Source of the DNA: Bacteroidetes bacterium GWF2_33_38
GTDB lineage: Bacteria > Bacteroidota > Bacteroidia > Bacteroidales > GWF2-33-38
DNA: 64,000 nucleotides
Direction: 5' to 3'
Assembly (NCBI GenBank): GCA_001769505.1
Contig: MEOF01000051.1
Span: forward strand, 8,737-72,736
Positions 53,421 through 64,000 of this stretch are shown piece after piece. The translations under genes and the position numbers were made by a program. Within the stretch, counting starts at the first letter, position 1; every line of letters begins with the position of its first letter. The notes below the pieces were generated by a model. That model was not told where the DNA came from, made no database searches, and worked only from the letters and a program-made list of their open reading frames with translations.

Positions 53421-53447
53421 AAATAGGGGGCAAAAGTCCCCTATTTT
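53421..53447 (+). terminator. Hairpin 15 nt upstream of rimP (terminator or leader structure)
   Basis: aaatagggg-gcaaaagt-cccctattt followed by T residues. Confidence 0.4.
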
Positions 53448-53461
53448 ATTACACCAAAATT

Positions 53462-53926
53462 ATGATAGAAAAAGCGAAAATACTGACTTTAATCGACGAA
53501 TTTGTTAAGGAAAATAATGTTTTTCTGGTCGATGCTACAATAAGTGCAAAAAATGCAATTATTGTTACTATCGACAGTTTCGAAGGAGTTCCAATCAGCA
53601 CCTGTGTCGCATTAAGTAGGCACATCGAGGCAAATATAGACCGCGAAATAGAAGATTACGAACTTATGGTTGCATCTGCTGGAATTGGACAACCCTTTAA
53701 GGTTCACAAACAATATCTTAAAAATATTGGCAAAGACGTCGAAATCGTTCTAATTGATGGTGTAAAAAACAAAGGCATTATCACTAAGGTTAATGACGAC
53801 AGTATAGAATTCGAATACGCTGAAAAAGTAAAAGTCGAAGGAAAAAAGAAAAAAGAAACCGTAGTAAGAAATAAGATTATTGAATTTAATAATATAAAAT
53901 CAACTATTAATTTAATTACTTTTTAA
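53462..53926 (+). CDS. rimP: Ribosome maturation factor RimP
   Basis: 154 aa, directly upstream of nusA-infB, with a conserved VASAGIGQPFKV-type core. Confidence 0.85.
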   Translation: MIEKAKILTLIDEFVKENNVFLVDATISAKNAIIVTIDSFEGVPISTCVALSRHIEANIDREIEDYELMVASAGIGQPFKVHKQYLKNIGKDVEIVLIDGVKNKGIITKVNDDSIEFEYAEKVKVEGKKKKETVVRNKIIEFNNIKSTINLITF

Positions 53927-53943
53927 ACAAAAAGTTAAAATAA

Positions 53944-55188
53944 TTGAAAATGGACTTAAACATTAATTTAATTGACACATTTTCGGAATTCAAAGAGCTA
54001 AAAAACATTGACCGAGAAACAATGATGAGAATTCTTGAAGAAGTTTTCAGAAGTACTCTTGATAAACTATTTGGCTCTAGTGAAAATTTTGACATCATTA
54101 TCAACATTGACAAAGGAGACTTTGAAATATGGAGAAATCGTGAAGTCGTTGAAGATGATGAGTTAGAAGATGCAAACCTTCAAATAACACTGTCAAACGC
54201 TAAAAAAATTGACGAAGATTACGAAGTCGGCGAAGACGTTACCGACGAAGTTAAACTTATTGACTTTGGACGAAGAGCAATTCTTGCTTTACGTCAAAAT
54301 CTTTCGTCAAGAATACTTGACCTTGAAAAAGATTCAATATTTAGCAAATATAAAGACAGAATAGGCGAAATAATTACTGGCGAAGTTTATCAAGTTTGGA
54401 AAAAAGAAATTTTGATAATCGACGACGAAGGAAACGAATTGATTCTTCCGAGAAATGAACAGATTCCTTCTGACCATTTCCGAAAAGGCGACAGCTTAAG
54501 AGCCGTTGTTATCCGAGTTGACATGAAAAATAATAGCCCTCTAATTATATTATCTCGTACTTCTCCGGTTTTCCTTGAAAGACTTTTTGAACTTGAAGTA
54601 CCTGAAATTTTCGATGGACTTATTACCATCAAAAACATTGTTCGTGTACCAGGTGAAAGAGCTAAAGTTGCTGTAGAATCATACGACGAAAGAGTTGATC
54701 CAGTTGGAGCTTGTGTTGGAATGAAAGGTTCGAGAATTCACGGAATAGTGAGAGAACTTCGCAACGAAAACATCGATGTAATTAATTTTACAAACAATCT
54801 TCAATTATACATTTCTAGAGCCTTGAGTCCTGCAAAAATATCGAATATTAAAATCGATGAAGAGGACAAGAAAGCTGAAGTATATTTGAAACCCGACCAA
54901 GTTTCATTGGCAATCGGAAAGGGTGGTTTAAATATTAAATTGGCAGGAATGCTTACTGGATTCGAAATTGATGTTTACCGAGAAACCGACAATAGCGAAG
55001 AAGACGTTGATTTAGAAGAATTTGCAGACGAAATCGAAAGCTGGGTGCTCGACGAACTTAAAGCAGTTGGTTGCGACACAGCAAAAAGTGTATTAGAACT
55101 TTCTATTGATGACCTTGTTAAGAGAACTGACTTAGAAGAAGAAACGGTTAAGGAAGTTATTAAAGTTTTAAAATCAGAATTTGAATAA
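53944..55188 (+). CDS. nusA: Transcription termination/antitermination factor NusA
   Basis: N-terminal LIDTFSEFKELKNIDRETMMRILEEVF, an S1 domain and KH domains (GACVGMKGSRIHGIVREL; AIGKGGLNIKLA). Confidence 0.95.
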   Translation: MKMDLNINLIDTFSEFKELKNIDRETMMRILEEVFRSTLDKLFGSSENFDIIINIDKGDFEIWRNREVVEDDELEDANLQITLSNAKKIDEDYEVGEDVTDEVKLIDFGRRAILALRQNLSSRILDLEKDSIFSKYKDRIGEIITGEVYQVWKKEILIIDDEGNELILPRNEQIPSDHFRKGDSLRAVVIRVDMKNNSPLIILSRTSPVFLERLFELEVPEIFDGLITIKNIVRVPGERAKVAVESYDERVDPVGACVGMKGSRIHGIVRELRNENIDVINFTNNLQLYISRALSPAKISNIKIDEEDKKAEVYLKPDQVSLAIGKGGLNIKLAGMLTGFEIDVYRETDNSEEDVDLEEFADEIESWVLDELKAVGCDTAKSVLELSIDDLVKRTDLEEETVKEVIKVLKSEFE

Positions 55189-55244
55189 ATTTTAGATACA
55201 CTAAAATGTGTCTTTTCTTTTTTTATTAAATTTATTATTAGGAT

Positions 55245-58154
55245 ATGGAAAAAGTCGAAAAATCTAAAAGACTAAGTAAAGTTGCGAAGGAGTTTAATGT
55301 TGGGATTACAACAATAACAGACTTCTTACAAAAGAAGGGAATTGAAATCGACTCGAATCCAAATACAAAGATTTCAGAAGATATTTTTAAAGTTCTTGAA
55401 AAAGAATATAGTACTGATATTCATGTAAAACGAGAATCGGAAAAAATAACATTCAAATCGCATAAAAATGCAGAGGCTGTTACTCTTGATGATATTACTG
55501 TTGATGACGAAAAAGCGGAACCAATTGTAGAAGATGAAGTATTTATTAAAAATATCACGAATGACAAACCTCATAAATCGGAAGTAAAAGTTGTAGGAAA
55601 AATTGATTTAGATTCTTTCAATAAAAAGAAAGTCGAAAAAGTCGTTGTTAAAGAACCTGCTAAAGTTGAAGTTGTAAAAGAAATTGCTGAACCTAAACCA
55701 AAAGAAGTAATTAAAGAACCGGTTACAGTTGTCGTGAAAGAAGAAAAACCTGAAATAGAAAATATTAAAACGGTTGTTCCTGAAAGCGAAGTAAAGGTTG
55801 TTGGTCGAATAGATTTAGATGCGCTAAACCAAAAAACTCGCCCTGATAAAAAGACCAAAGAAGAAAAAGATAAAGAACGTCGCGATAAGGTTATAAAAAA
55901 CAGAAGACCTATAAGAGAAGAAGTAAAACAAGTTGAGGATAAAAGAGAGCAACGTCGCGAGAATATTATTCCTGATGAACTTGAAGAAAAGGATGAATTC
56001 TTAAAAACTCAAGTTGAAAAACTATCAGGCCCTGTTGTTGTTGGACGTATTGATTTACCATCTAGGGTAATAAAGAGAGATGTGAAATCAACAAATTCTG
56101 ACGACGACTTTAAGAAAAAGAAACGAAAACGCATCAAAAAAGAAAAAGAAAAGGTTGATGTAGCAAAAACTCCAAAAGAGGTTTCCGAAAAGGCAAAACC
56201 AATCAAAAAAGAGTGGAAAAAATCGAAAACAAAACGACACTCAAGACCAGAGGTTGACCAAGAAGGCGTTGATAAGCAAGTAAAAGACACGATGTCTTTG
56301 ATGGGGAAAAGCTCAAAAACTAAAAGCTCAAAATATAGAAGAGATAAAAGAGAAGCTGTTAGTCAACGGATGCAGGAGGAAATGGAACGACAAGAAGGCG
56401 AAAAGAATATTCTTAAAGTTACCGAGTTTGTTTCCGTTAACGAGATGTCTTCGCTTATGAATGTGCCGATTAATGAGGTAATTTCAACTTGCATGAGTTT
56501 AGGATTATTCGTTTCGATTAATCAACGACTCGATGCCGATACCATGTCGATTGTTGCTGAAGAATTTGGTTTCAAAGTAGAATTTGTAACCGTTGACGGT
56601 CAGCAAGATGTTGTTGAAGATGTTGACGATGAAACAAACCTTATTCCTCGCCCTCCAATTATTACAGTAATGGGACACGTTGACCATGGAAAAACAAAAT
56701 TGCTTGACCACATTAGAAATACAAACGTAATTGCAGGTGAAGCTGGTGGAATTACACAGCACATTGGTGCATACAGCGTTACGCTGGACGATGGACGTCA
56801 GTTGACATTTCTCGATACTCCTGGACATGAAGCATTTACAGCCATGAGAGCACGTGGAGCCCAGGTTACCGATATTGCAATTATCGTGATAGCCGCTGAC
56901 GATGGAATTATGCCTCAAACAAAAGAGGCAATTAACCATGCACAAGCTGCTGGTGTTCCTTTAATTTTTGCAATTAATAAAATTGACAAACCAGGAGCAA
57001 ATCCTGAAAAAATAAAAGAAGAATTAGCCAACTTAAATATTTTGGTTGAAGATTGGGGTGGAAAATATCAGAGCCAAGAAATCGCAGCTAAATTTGGGAA
57101 TAATGTAGATTTATTGCTCGAAAAAGTTCTTCTAGAAGCTGAAATGCTTGATTTAAAAGCAAATCCTAACAAAAATGCAGTCGGAAGTGTTATCGAATCA
57201 GCACTCGACAAAGGACGAGGTTATATTACAACCGTTCTTGTAAGTTCAGGAACCCTGAAAATTGGCGACGTTGTATTAGCTGGTTCGTACTACGGAAAAG
57301 TTAAAGCAATGTATAATGAAAGGAATTTGAAAATTACTGAGGCTGGACCGTCTTTTCCTGCATTAATTCTTGGTATAAACGGAGCCCCTCAAGCTGGAGA
57401 TAAATTTAATGTTCTCTCATCTGAAAAAGAAGCTCGTGAAATTGCAAATAAGCGAGGACAAATTCATCGTGAACAAGGCATGCGAACTAAGAAACACATT
57501 ACTCTTGATGAAATTGGACGACGTCTTGCAATTGGAGACTTCAAAGAATTGAACGTGATTGTTAAAGGAGACGTTGATGGTTCAATCGAAGCATTATCCG
57601 ATTCATTAATCAAACTTTCAACCCCCGAAATTCAAGTTAACATTATTCAAAAAGCAGTTGGTCAAATTTCTGAGTCTGATGTTATGCTCGCATCTGCCTC
57701 GAATGCTATAATTATAGGCTTCCAAGTTCGTCCATCGGTTGGAGCAAGAAGATTAGCTGAAAAAGAAGAAATCGAAATTCGATTGTATTCAATCATCTAT
57801 GATGCTATAGAAGAATTGAAACTTGCTATGGAAGGAATGCTTTCTCCAGTTGTTAAAGAGGATATTATTGGTTCAGCCGAAATTAGAGAAACATTCAAAA
57901 TTACGAAAGTTGGAACTATTGCAGGTTGCTTAGTTACCGATGGAAAAATTACACGAACAGCAAAAATACGCTTGATTAGAGATGGTATTGTAATTTACAC
58001 AGGAAGCCTTGGCTCGCTCAAACGATTTAAAGATGAGGCAAAAGAAGTTATAAATGGACTTGAGTGCGGATTGAATATCGAAAACTTTAACGACATTAAG
58101 GTCGGCGATATTGTTGAGGCATTTGAAGAAACATTAGTAAAGAAAAAATTATAA
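55245..58154 (+). CDS. infB: Translation initiation factor IF-2
   Basis: G domain GHVDHGKT / DTPGHEAF / NKID, with a K/E-rich N-terminal region. Confidence 0.95.
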   Translation: MEKVEKSKRLSKVAKEFNVGITTITDFLQKKGIEIDSNPNTKISEDIFKVLEKEYSTDIHVKRESEKITFKSHKNAEAVTLDDITVDDEKAEPIVEDEVFIKNITNDKPHKSEVKVVGKIDLDSFNKKKVEKVVVKEPAKVEVVKEIAEPKPKEVIKEPVTVVVKEEKPEIENIKTVVPESEVKVVGRIDLDALNQKTRPDKKTKEEKDKERRDKVIKNRRPIREEVKQVEDKREQRRENIIPDELEEKDEFLKTQVEKLSGPVVVGRIDLPSRVIKRDVKSTNSDDDFKKKKRKRIKKEKEKVDVAKTPKEVSEKAKPIKKEWKKSKTKRHSRPEVDQEGVDKQVKDTMSLMGKSSKTKSSKYRRDKREAVSQRMQEEMERQEGEKNILKVTEFVSVNEMSSLMNVPINEVISTCMSLGLFVSINQRLDADTMSIVAEEFGFKVEFVTVDGQQDVVEDVDDETNLIPRPPIITVMGHVDHGKTKLLDHIRNTNVIAGEAGGITQHIGAYSVTLDDGRQLTFLDTPGHEAFTAMRARGAQVTDIAIIVIAADDGIMPQTKEAINHAQAAGVPLIFAINKIDKPGANPEKIKEELANLNILVEDWGGKYQSQEIAAKFGNNVDLLLEKVLLEAEMLDLKANPNKNAVGSVIESALDKGRGYITTVLVSSGTLKIGDVVLAGSYYGKVKAMYNERNLKITEAGPSFPALILGINGAPQAGDKFNVLSSEKEAREIANKRGQIHREQGMRTKKHITLDEIGRRLAIGDFKELNVIVKGDVDGSIEALSDSLIKLSTPEIQVNIIQKAVGQISESDVMLASASNAIIIGFQVRPSVGARRLAEKEEIEIRLYSIIYDAIEELKLAMEGMLSPVVKEDIIGSAEIRETFKITKVGTIAGCLVTDGKITRTAKIRLIRDGIVIYTGSLGSLKRFKDEAKEVINGLECGLNIENFNDIKVGDIVEAFEETLVKKKL

Positions 58155-58157
58155 AAT

Positions 58158-58183
58158 AAAGTCCCCATTTGTTGGGGACTTTT
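58158..58183 (+). terminator. Terminator after infB
   Basis: aaagtcccca-tttgt-tggggacttt followed by T residues. Confidence 0.75.
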
Positions 58184-58273
58184 CTGCTTTATAACAATTA
58201 ACTCATTTTAACATAAAGGATTAGAGTATAAAAAAATAATATCTTAATTTCGTCTCAAAATAAAATTAAAACA

Positions 58274-61200
58274 ATGAATTACAAATTAACAAACAACATC
58301 ACAGGCTGGATAGTTTTTATAATAGCAACCGCTGTTTATTTTCTTACTATTGAACCAACCACAAGTTTTTGGGATTGCGGTGAGTTTATTGCAACAGCCT
58401 TTAAATTAGAAGTTGGACACCCTCCAGGAGCTCCTTTATTTATGATTCTTGCTCGTTTTTTCACTTTGTTTGCTGGAAGCGATGTTACACAGGTGGCTAA
58501 AATGGTTAATGTTTTGTCAGCCCTAATGAGTTCTCTTACCATATTATTTTTATTTTGGACGATTACTCATTTTGCAAAAAAAATGGTAATGAGAGATGGT
58601 ACAGCCATGTCAATGGGTAAACTTATTTCTGTAATGGGAGCAGGGGCGGTTGGAGCTTTAGCTTATACTTTTTCCGACTCTTTTTGGTTTTCAGCAGTCG
58701 AAGGAGAAGTTTATGCTATGTCGTCATTTTTTACAGCCATTGTATTTTGGGTAATTTTAAAATGGGAAGATAATTTCGACGAACTTCACTCAAATCGATG
58801 GATAATTCTTATTGCCTATTTAATGGGACTTTCAATAGGAGTTCACTTACTCAATATACTTGCTATTCCTGCTATTGTATTTGTATATTATTTTAAGAAA
58901 TATCCAGTAACCAAAAAAGGAGTAATAATATCTTCCATAATTTCGGTGGTTACCATGTTGACGATATTGTATGGAATTATTCCAGGCATTATTATTTTGG
59001 CCGCAAAGTTCGAATTGTTGTTTGTTAATGTTTTTGGACTTCCATTTAATACAGGGGTGCTTTTTTATGCACTTTTAATTATCGGCTTAGTGGTTTGGGG
59101 ATTATATTATACTCACAAAAAGCAGAAAGCCGTTTTAAATACAATTATTCTAGCATTTACGGTCATAATTATAGGATATTCGTCCTTTACTATGATTGTT
59201 ATCAGATCCTTAGCAAATCCACCGATGGATGAAAATAATCCTGAAAACGTATTTGCTTTGCTTTCGTACTTAAATCGTGAACAATATGGCGATAGACCAT
59301 TAATTTATGGGCAGTATTATAATGCTCCTTTAGATAAAGAAGAACCTTACGTTGAAACAGATGCAATTTATGTTCAAAAAAACGGAAGATATGAAATAGC
59401 AGATTATAAAGAAAAACCAAATTACGATGAGCGTTTTATGACCTTGTTTCCTAGAATGTGGAGCTCGGAAGGAAGTCACGTTGATGTTTACGAAGAATGG
59501 GGAAAAGTTAAAGGAAAAAAAATATCAATCATCGATAATCAAGGCGAAGCTAAAGATGTTTATAGACCAACATTTGTCGAAAACATGAGATTTTTCTTTC
59601 GTTATCAAGTTGGCTTTTTATATTTTAGATATTTTATGTGGAATTTTGCTGGACGTCAGGACGATATTCAAAGTCGTGGTGGAATCTTAAATGGAAATTG
59701 GATTAGTGGAATTCCATTTTTTGATGAGTTAAGACTTGGTTCTCAGCAAAGTTTACCTGAAAGCATGAAATCAAATAAAGGAAGAAATATTTACTACATG
59801 CTACCACTTTTGCTCGGATTAATAGGCTTGTTCTACCAATATAGAAGTGAAGGAAGAGGATTTACAATTGTAATGCTTCTATTTTTCTTAACAGGGCTTG
59901 CCATTATTATTTACCTAAATCAAACTCCGAATCAACCTCGTGAAAGGGATTATGCATTTGCTGGTTCGTTTTATGCCTTTGCTATTTGGATTGGGTTAGG
60001 TGTTTTGGCAGTTAAAGATCTTTTTCGCAAAATTATGCCTTACGCTGCTAGTGCGATACTTGCCAGTTTTTTAACACTCCTTGCAGTTCCTGTTTTAATG
60101 GCAAATGAAAATTGGGATGACCACGATCGTTCTGGTAGATATACTGCTCGTGATTTTGCTCAAAACTATTTGAATTCTTGTGCTCCTAATGCTATTATTT
60201 TTACAAACGGTGATAACGATACATTCCCTCTTTGGTACGCTCAAGAAGTTGAAGGCATCAGAACCGATGTTAGAGTTGTAAATTTAAGCCTTCTGAATAC
60301 CGATTGGTATATTGACCAAATGAAAAGAAAAGCATACGATTCCAATCCGGTTCCTTTCTCACTTACTCCTGAAAAATATGCTCAAGGCACTCGCGACATT
60401 GTGTATTTAATGGATGACCCAAGAATTAAGGACTATACTCCATTGAAACAAATTATGGATTTTATTTCAAGTGACGACCCTCGAACAAAGCTCCCTCAAG
60501 CCGACGATTTGAGTTATTCTCCAACACGAAATTTTAGAATTCCTGTCGATTCTACCAAAACGATTCAACTAGGCGTTGTTAAAGAAAATGATGCAAGCCT
60601 TATACTTCCGAACATAGATTGGAAATTAAATAAAGGATATGTTTTAAAAAGCGAATTAATGGTGCTCGACTTACTTGCTAATAATAATTGGGAACGACCA
60701 ATATATTTTGCCATCACTGTTGGATCTGAAAGTTATATGAAACTTCAAGAATATTTCCAACTCGAAGGCTTGGCATATCGTCTAGTGCCGATAAAAACAA
60801 AAAATACCGATGGTCAAATTGGTAGAATTGACACTGAAATTATGTACGACAACATGATTAATAAGTTCAAGTGGGGTGGAATTAATGATCCAAATGTTTA
60901 TATGGATGAAAATAATTTGAGAATGACCATGAACTTAAGAAACAACTTTGCACGATTAGCCGATGAGCTATTGAAAGAAGGGAAAAAAGATTCTGCGATT
61001 GTTGTTCTTGATAAGTGCTTAGAAGTTATGCCAAATAATACAGTTCCATTTAACTATTTTAACTTAGGTATTGCAGAAGGTTATTATAAGGCAGGAATAA
61101 ATGAAAAAGCAAATGGAATTGTTGAAATTCTAGCCAAAAGTTCACAAGATGATTTGAATTATTATTTTTCATTAGACGGAGATTATGCAACTTCTGTTGA

Positions 61201-61342
61201 ATTTGAAATCAAGAAAGCCATGATGGTTATGCAAGAATTAGTTCGATTAACAAGTGCGTATAAACAAGAAAAAATTAATAAAACATTAAGTGACGATTTC
61301 CAAAAGTTATATACGATTTATTCTAGTTCGATTCAAAATTAA
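58274..61342 (+). CDS. DUF2723 (glycosyltransferase family 117-type) polytopic membrane protein
   Basis: 1022 aa. The N-terminal LTIEPTTSFWDCGEFIATAFKLEVGHPPGAPLFM block is characteristic of the family. Confidence 0.8.
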   Translation: MNYKLTNNITGWIVFIIATAVYFLTIEPTTSFWDCGEFIATAFKLEVGHPPGAPLFMILARFFTLFAGSDVTQVAKMVNVLSALMSSLTILFLFWTITHFAKKMVMRDGTAMSMGKLISVMGAGAVGALAYTFSDSFWFSAVEGEVYAMSSFFTAIVFWVILKWEDNFDELHSNRWIILIAYLMGLSIGVHLLNILAIPAIVFVYYFKKYPVTKKGVIISSIISVVTMLTILYGIIPGIIILAAKFELLFVNVFGLPFNTGVLFYALLIIGLVVWGLYYTHKKQKAVLNTIILAFTVIIIGYSSFTMIVIRSLANPPMDENNPENVFALLSYLNREQYGDRPLIYGQYYNAPLDKEEPYVETDAIYVQKNGRYEIADYKEKPNYDERFMTLFPRMWSSEGSHVDVYEEWGKVKGKKISIIDNQGEAKDVYRPTFVENMRFFFRYQVGFLYFRYFMWNFAGRQDDIQSRGGILNGNWISGIPFFDELRLGSQQSLPESMKSNKGRNIYYMLPLLLGLIGLFYQYRSEGRGFTIVMLLFFLTGLAIIIYLNQTPNQPRERDYAFAGSFYAFAIWIGLGVLAVKDLFRKIMPYAASAILASFLTLLAVPVLMANENWDDHDRSGRYTARDFAQNYLNSCAPNAIIFTNGDNDTFPLWYAQEVEGIRTDVRVVNLSLLNTDWYIDQMKRKAYDSNPVPFSLTPEKYAQGTRDIVYLMDDPRIKDYTPLKQIMDFISSDDPRTKLPQADDLSYSPTRNFRIPVDSTKTIQLGVVKENDASLILPNIDWKLNKGYVLKSELMVLDLLANNNWERPIYFAITVGSESYMKLQEYFQLEGLAYRLVPIKTKNTDGQIGRIDTEIMYDNMINKFKWGGINDPNVYMDENNLRMTMNLRNNFARLADELLKEGKKDSAIVVLDKCLEVMPNNTVPFNYFNLGIAEGYYKAGINEKANGIVEILAKSSQDDLNYYFSLDGDYATSVEFEIKKAMMVMQELVRLTSAYKQEKINKTLSDDFQKLYTIYSSSIQN

Positions 61343-61348
61343 TTTTTA

Positions 61349-61954
61349 ATGAACGTTTTTTTTACTTTCATTTTAGGCTTACGATATCCGAAACTAATCT
61401 TTAGAAAGCGAGAAAACGAAAAAATAGTTTACCTAACATTCGATGACGGGCCAACACCAGAAGTTACTTCTGAAGTGTTGGCTTGTTTGCGTAAATATAA
61501 TGCATTGGCTACTTTTTTTTGTTTAGGCAAAAATGTGCTTGACTATCCGGATATTTTCCATGAAATTATTGCTTCGGGACATTCTGTTGGAAATCACACG
61601 TATAATCATTTAAAAGGATGGAAAACAAACTGTGAAGAGTATGTTAATGATGTTTACAATGCAAATAAGCTTATTCAATCAACGCTTTTCCGTCCTCCCT
61701 ACGGAAGAGTAAAATCCTGTCAAATTACACCATTATTGAAAGACTTCGATATTATTATGTGGGATGTTCTGAGCAAAGATTATGACCCAGAACAAAGCGC
61801 AGAATCGTGTTTACGCAGAGTTCAGAAACAAATAAGACCTGGGTCAATTGTTGTTTTTCACGATAGCATAAAAGCCAAAAAAAATGTACTTTCTGCATTG
61901 CCAAACCTATTGCAATGGTTAACAGAAAATAATTATAAATGTTTACCTTTGTAA
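61349..61954 (+). CDS. Polysaccharide deacetylase (NodB homology) family protein
   Basis: YLTFDDGP and GNHTYNH metal/catalytic motifs. Confidence 0.8.
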   Translation: MNVFFTFILGLRYPKLIFRKRENEKIVYLTFDDGPTPEVTSEVLACLRKYNALATFFCLGKNVLDYPDIFHEIIASGHSVGNHTYNHLKGWKTNCEEYVNDVYNANKLIQSTLFRPPYGRVKSCQITPLLKDFDIIMWDVLSKDYDPEQSAESCLRRVQKQIRPGSIVVFHDSIKAKKNVLSALPNLLQWLTENNYKCLPL

Positions 61955-61994
61955 CATTAGTCTATTGTTTATAAGTTTAACAAAAAATATACAC

Positions 61995-64000
61995 ATGAAA
62001 AATTTATTATTAGCCACTATTTTTATGATTGCATTTTTTACTTCAAATGCACAAGTTACTATTTACGATATTCAGTACACTGCTGATGTATCTGGAGCAT
62101 CACCTTTAGTTGGAACGAATGTAACTACAACTGGAACAATTTCAGCCATTTATGGAACACGTTTTTACATTCAAGACAACACAGCTGCTTGGAGTGGGGT
62201 TTATGTTTACGATGCTACTCAAGTACCTGTTCTTGGCGACAATGTTACAATTTCTGCTACCGTTGCAGAATATAATGGACTAACCGAGCTTACTTCAATA
62301 ACAAGTTATGCCGTAAATTCATCAGGGAATACGATTGTTCCAGTAGATGTAACAACAGCAGATGCTGCTACCGAAGCCTATGAAGGAGTTTTGGTAAAAG
62401 TTTCAAATGCAACTTGTACGTCTCCTTATACTACCGGAACTTGGGTTGTGAACGATGGAACAGGAGCATTAACTGTTTACAAAACATTGTACGACTTTGC
62501 AACTCCTACCTTAGGAGCAAATTACGATATTACCGGAGTGATGACATGGTTTAATTCGGGAGGAATATATGAAATTCTTCCTCGAAGTATCGACGATATT
62601 ACTGAAATCGTTTTAGGCTCAGAAGCAAATATTACAAGTTTCGTTTTTACCGAACAAACCGGAGATGCAGTTATTGATGTACTTGGAGCAACTGTTGATA
62701 TCGAAGTGCAAAATGGAACAATTTTAACTACATTATCTCCTACAATTGAAATTTCTAGTGGAGCAATCATTAATCCGGCATCAGGCGTTGCAAGAGATTT
62801 TAGTAGTTCGGTTACTTATACTGTTACTGCACAAGATTTAACCGAAAAAATATGGACTGTAAATGTTACCGAAAAACCCCTTGCCACTATTGTATCAATT
62901 TATGATATTCAATACACAACGACAGATGCCTCTCCATTGGTTGGAGCAGAAGTTATTACCACAGGAACAATTACGGCAGTGAGCGGTACAAATTTTTATA
63001 TTCAAGAAGCTGAAACTGCGTGGAGTGGGATTTACGTTTACGACAACACTCAATCGCCAGTTTTAGGTGATAATGTAACTATTACAGCAACCGTAACTGA
63101 ATATAACGGATTAACCGAATTAACAGGAATAACCAGCTATGTAGTAAACTCATCAGGAAATACAATTTCTCCAATAACACTTACCACAGCAGAAGTTAAC
63201 GATGAACAATATGAAAGCGTACTTGTTTCGGTTGAAAACGTCGAATGTTTAACTACTCCCGATGGATTTGGAGTTTGGTCGGTTGACGATGGTTCTGGAG
63301 CCACAAATATTGACGATATATTGTATGTTGCAAGTCCTGTAGTTGGAACATTTTACAACATCATAGGAATAGGCTACGAACGCTTAACAGACTATAGAAT
63401 TTTACCAAGAAGTGCCGATGACATTGTTAGCTTAACCCCAATTAGCGAAGTCTCGATATACGAAATTCAATATACAAGTGATATTTCAGGAGACTCTCCA
63501 TTAGTAGGAACTGAAATTACAACAACAGGAACTGTAACAGCTGTTATAGGTACAAATTTTTATATTCAAGATGCTGAGGCTGCATGGAGTGGAATATATG
63601 TTTACGATAATTCACAAAATCCAATTGTTGGAGATAATGTAACTCTTACTGCAACAGTGAGCGAATATAATGGCTTAACAGAATTAACCGGAATAACAAG
63701 CTTTATTATAAATTCATCTTCAAACACTGTTAATCCAATGACATTATCAACCCTTGAGGTAAATAACGAACAATATGAAAGCGTACTCGTTTCGGTTGAA
63801 AATGTTGAGTGCTTATCGCTTCCCGATACGTTCGGCGTTTGGACAATCGATGATGGATCTGGACTTACCAATGTGGATGATATTATGTACACATTAACTC
63901 CTGAAATAGGAACATTCTATAACATTATGGGTGTTGCTTATGAGAGATTAGCCGATTACAGAATTCTTCCTCGCAGTGTTGCTGATGTTAGCATTGTGCT
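61995..64000 (+). CDS. Secreted multi-repeat protein, 3'-truncated by the window end (absent from the ORF track)
   Basis: ATG at 61995 and signal peptide MKNLLLATIFMIAFFTSNAQ. The frame is open to nt 64000 by my translation. It has three IYDIQYT...SPLVG...FYIQD...WSGIYVYD...EYNGLTEL...ILPRS modules and one Ig-like module. Confidence 0.8.
   Translation, partial: MKNLLLATIFMIAFFTSNAQVTIYDIQYTADVSGASPLVGTNVTTTGTISAIYGTRFYIQDNTAAWSGVYVYDATQVPVLGDNVTISATVAEYNGLTELTSITSYAVNSSGNTIVPVDVTTADAATEAYEGVLVKVSNATCTSPYTTGTWVVNDGTGALTVYKTLYDFATPTLGANYDITGVMTWFNSGGIYEILPRSIDDITEIVLGSEANITSFVFTEQTGDAVIDVLGATVDIEVQNGTILTTLSPTIEISSGAIINPASGVARDFSSSVTYTVTAQDLTEKIWTVNVTEKPLATIVSIYDIQYTTTDASPLVGAEVITTGTITAVSGTNFYIQEAETAWSGIYVYDNTQSPVLGDNVTITATVTEYNGLTELTGITSYVVNSSGNTISPITLTTAEVNDEQYESVLVSVENVECLTTPDGFGVWSVDDGSGATNIDDILYVASPVVGTFYNIIGIGYERLTDYRILPRSADDIVSLTPISEVSIYEIQYTSDISGDSPLVGTEITTTGTVTAVIGTNFYIQDAEAAWSGIYVYDNSQNPIVGDNVTLTATVSEYNGLTELTGITSFIINSSSNTVNPMTLSTLEVNNEQYESVLVSVENVECLSLPDTFGVWTIDDGSGLTNVDDIMYTLTPEIGTFYNIMGVAYERLADYRILPRSVADVSIV
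62058..62606 (+). repeat. Module 1 (diverged copy) of the intragenic repeat
   Basis: TIYDIQYTADVSGASPLVGTNVTTTGTISAIYGTRFYIQDNTAAWSGVYVYD...ILPRSIDDI. Confidence 0.7.
62895..63452 (+). repeat. Module 2 of a 558-bp (186-aa) tandem intragenic repeat
   Basis: SIYDIQYTTTDASPLVG...ILPRSADDIVSLTPISEV. Long near-identical nucleotide runs are shared with module 3, e.g. gaacaatatgaaagcgtact.gtttcggttgaaaa. Confidence 0.85.
63453..64000 (+). repeat. Module 3 of the tandem intragenic repeat (reaches the window end)
   Basis: SIYEIQYTSDISGDSPLVG...ILPRSVADVSIV. Confidence 0.85.

Noticed and set aside
55189-55244. A possible attenuator hairpin between nusA and infB (gatacac...tgtgtc).
   Set aside because: The arms pair imperfectly and the stem is short. 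This is not enough to call.
55245-56300. A threefold VVG(K/R)IDL motif and K/E-rich repeats in the 5' third of infB, plus the antisense ORFs 55571-55858, 56009-56290 and 56505-56945.
   Set aside because: Low-complexity, repeated N-terminal regions are normal for IF-2. The antisense ORFs are shadows of the strongly coding plus strand.
1-64000. I scanned for tRNA, rRNA, tmRNA, transposase, integrase, toxin-antitoxin and known defence-system genes.
   Set aside because: I could recognise none by eye. The two small cassettes lack any recombinase, so I do not call them mobile elements in the feature list.

Overview
This is an AT-rich chromosomal segment of Bacteroidota type. Supporting signs are a T9SS C-terminal sorting-domain protein, a TonB-dependent receptor, DUF2851/DUF2723/DUF5103-like genes, and TAnnTTTG-type promoter boxes about 30 nt upstream of start codons. 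I call about 52 protein genes. Housekeeping blocks are purM-like/prfA/pyrF, lpxH, a complete nqrABCDEF operon, nnr and rimP-nusA-infB. I recognised no rRNA, tRNA, CRISPR array, transposase or integrase. The strongest candidate for an undescribed system is a tightly coupled six-gene module at 18468-25372. It encodes a PqqD-like 82-aa protein, an ATP-grasp ligase, a fold-III PLP decarboxylase, a urea-transporter-like/M23 peptidase fusion, a TPR plus beta-barrel outer-membrane protein, and a periplasmic TPR protein. Other notable items:
- Two small orphan-ORF cassettes are flanked by imperfect direct repeats. One duplicates the start of the DUF2851 gene.
- A twin-hairpin repeat element shows a compensatory base-pair change between copies.
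- Arrays of 9-bp ACTTTAC-type tandem repeats sit just upstream of start codons, including a 248-bp repeat-filled spacer inside the nqr operon.
- A KdpD-core/KdpE pair sits beside a KimA-like APC transporter instead of kdpFABC.
- A terminator-bracketed unit encodes a histidine kinase, an exported WD40 protein, a membrane protein and an HmuR-like receptor.
- An EF-G paralog has a degenerate G domain.
- A K+ channel homolog has a TVGFRE filter.
- Two genes are missing from the ORF track: a 59-aa wHTH protein, and a 3'-truncated secreted protein with 558-bp tandem repeats.

All family assignments come from motif recognition by eye. No searches or computations were run.
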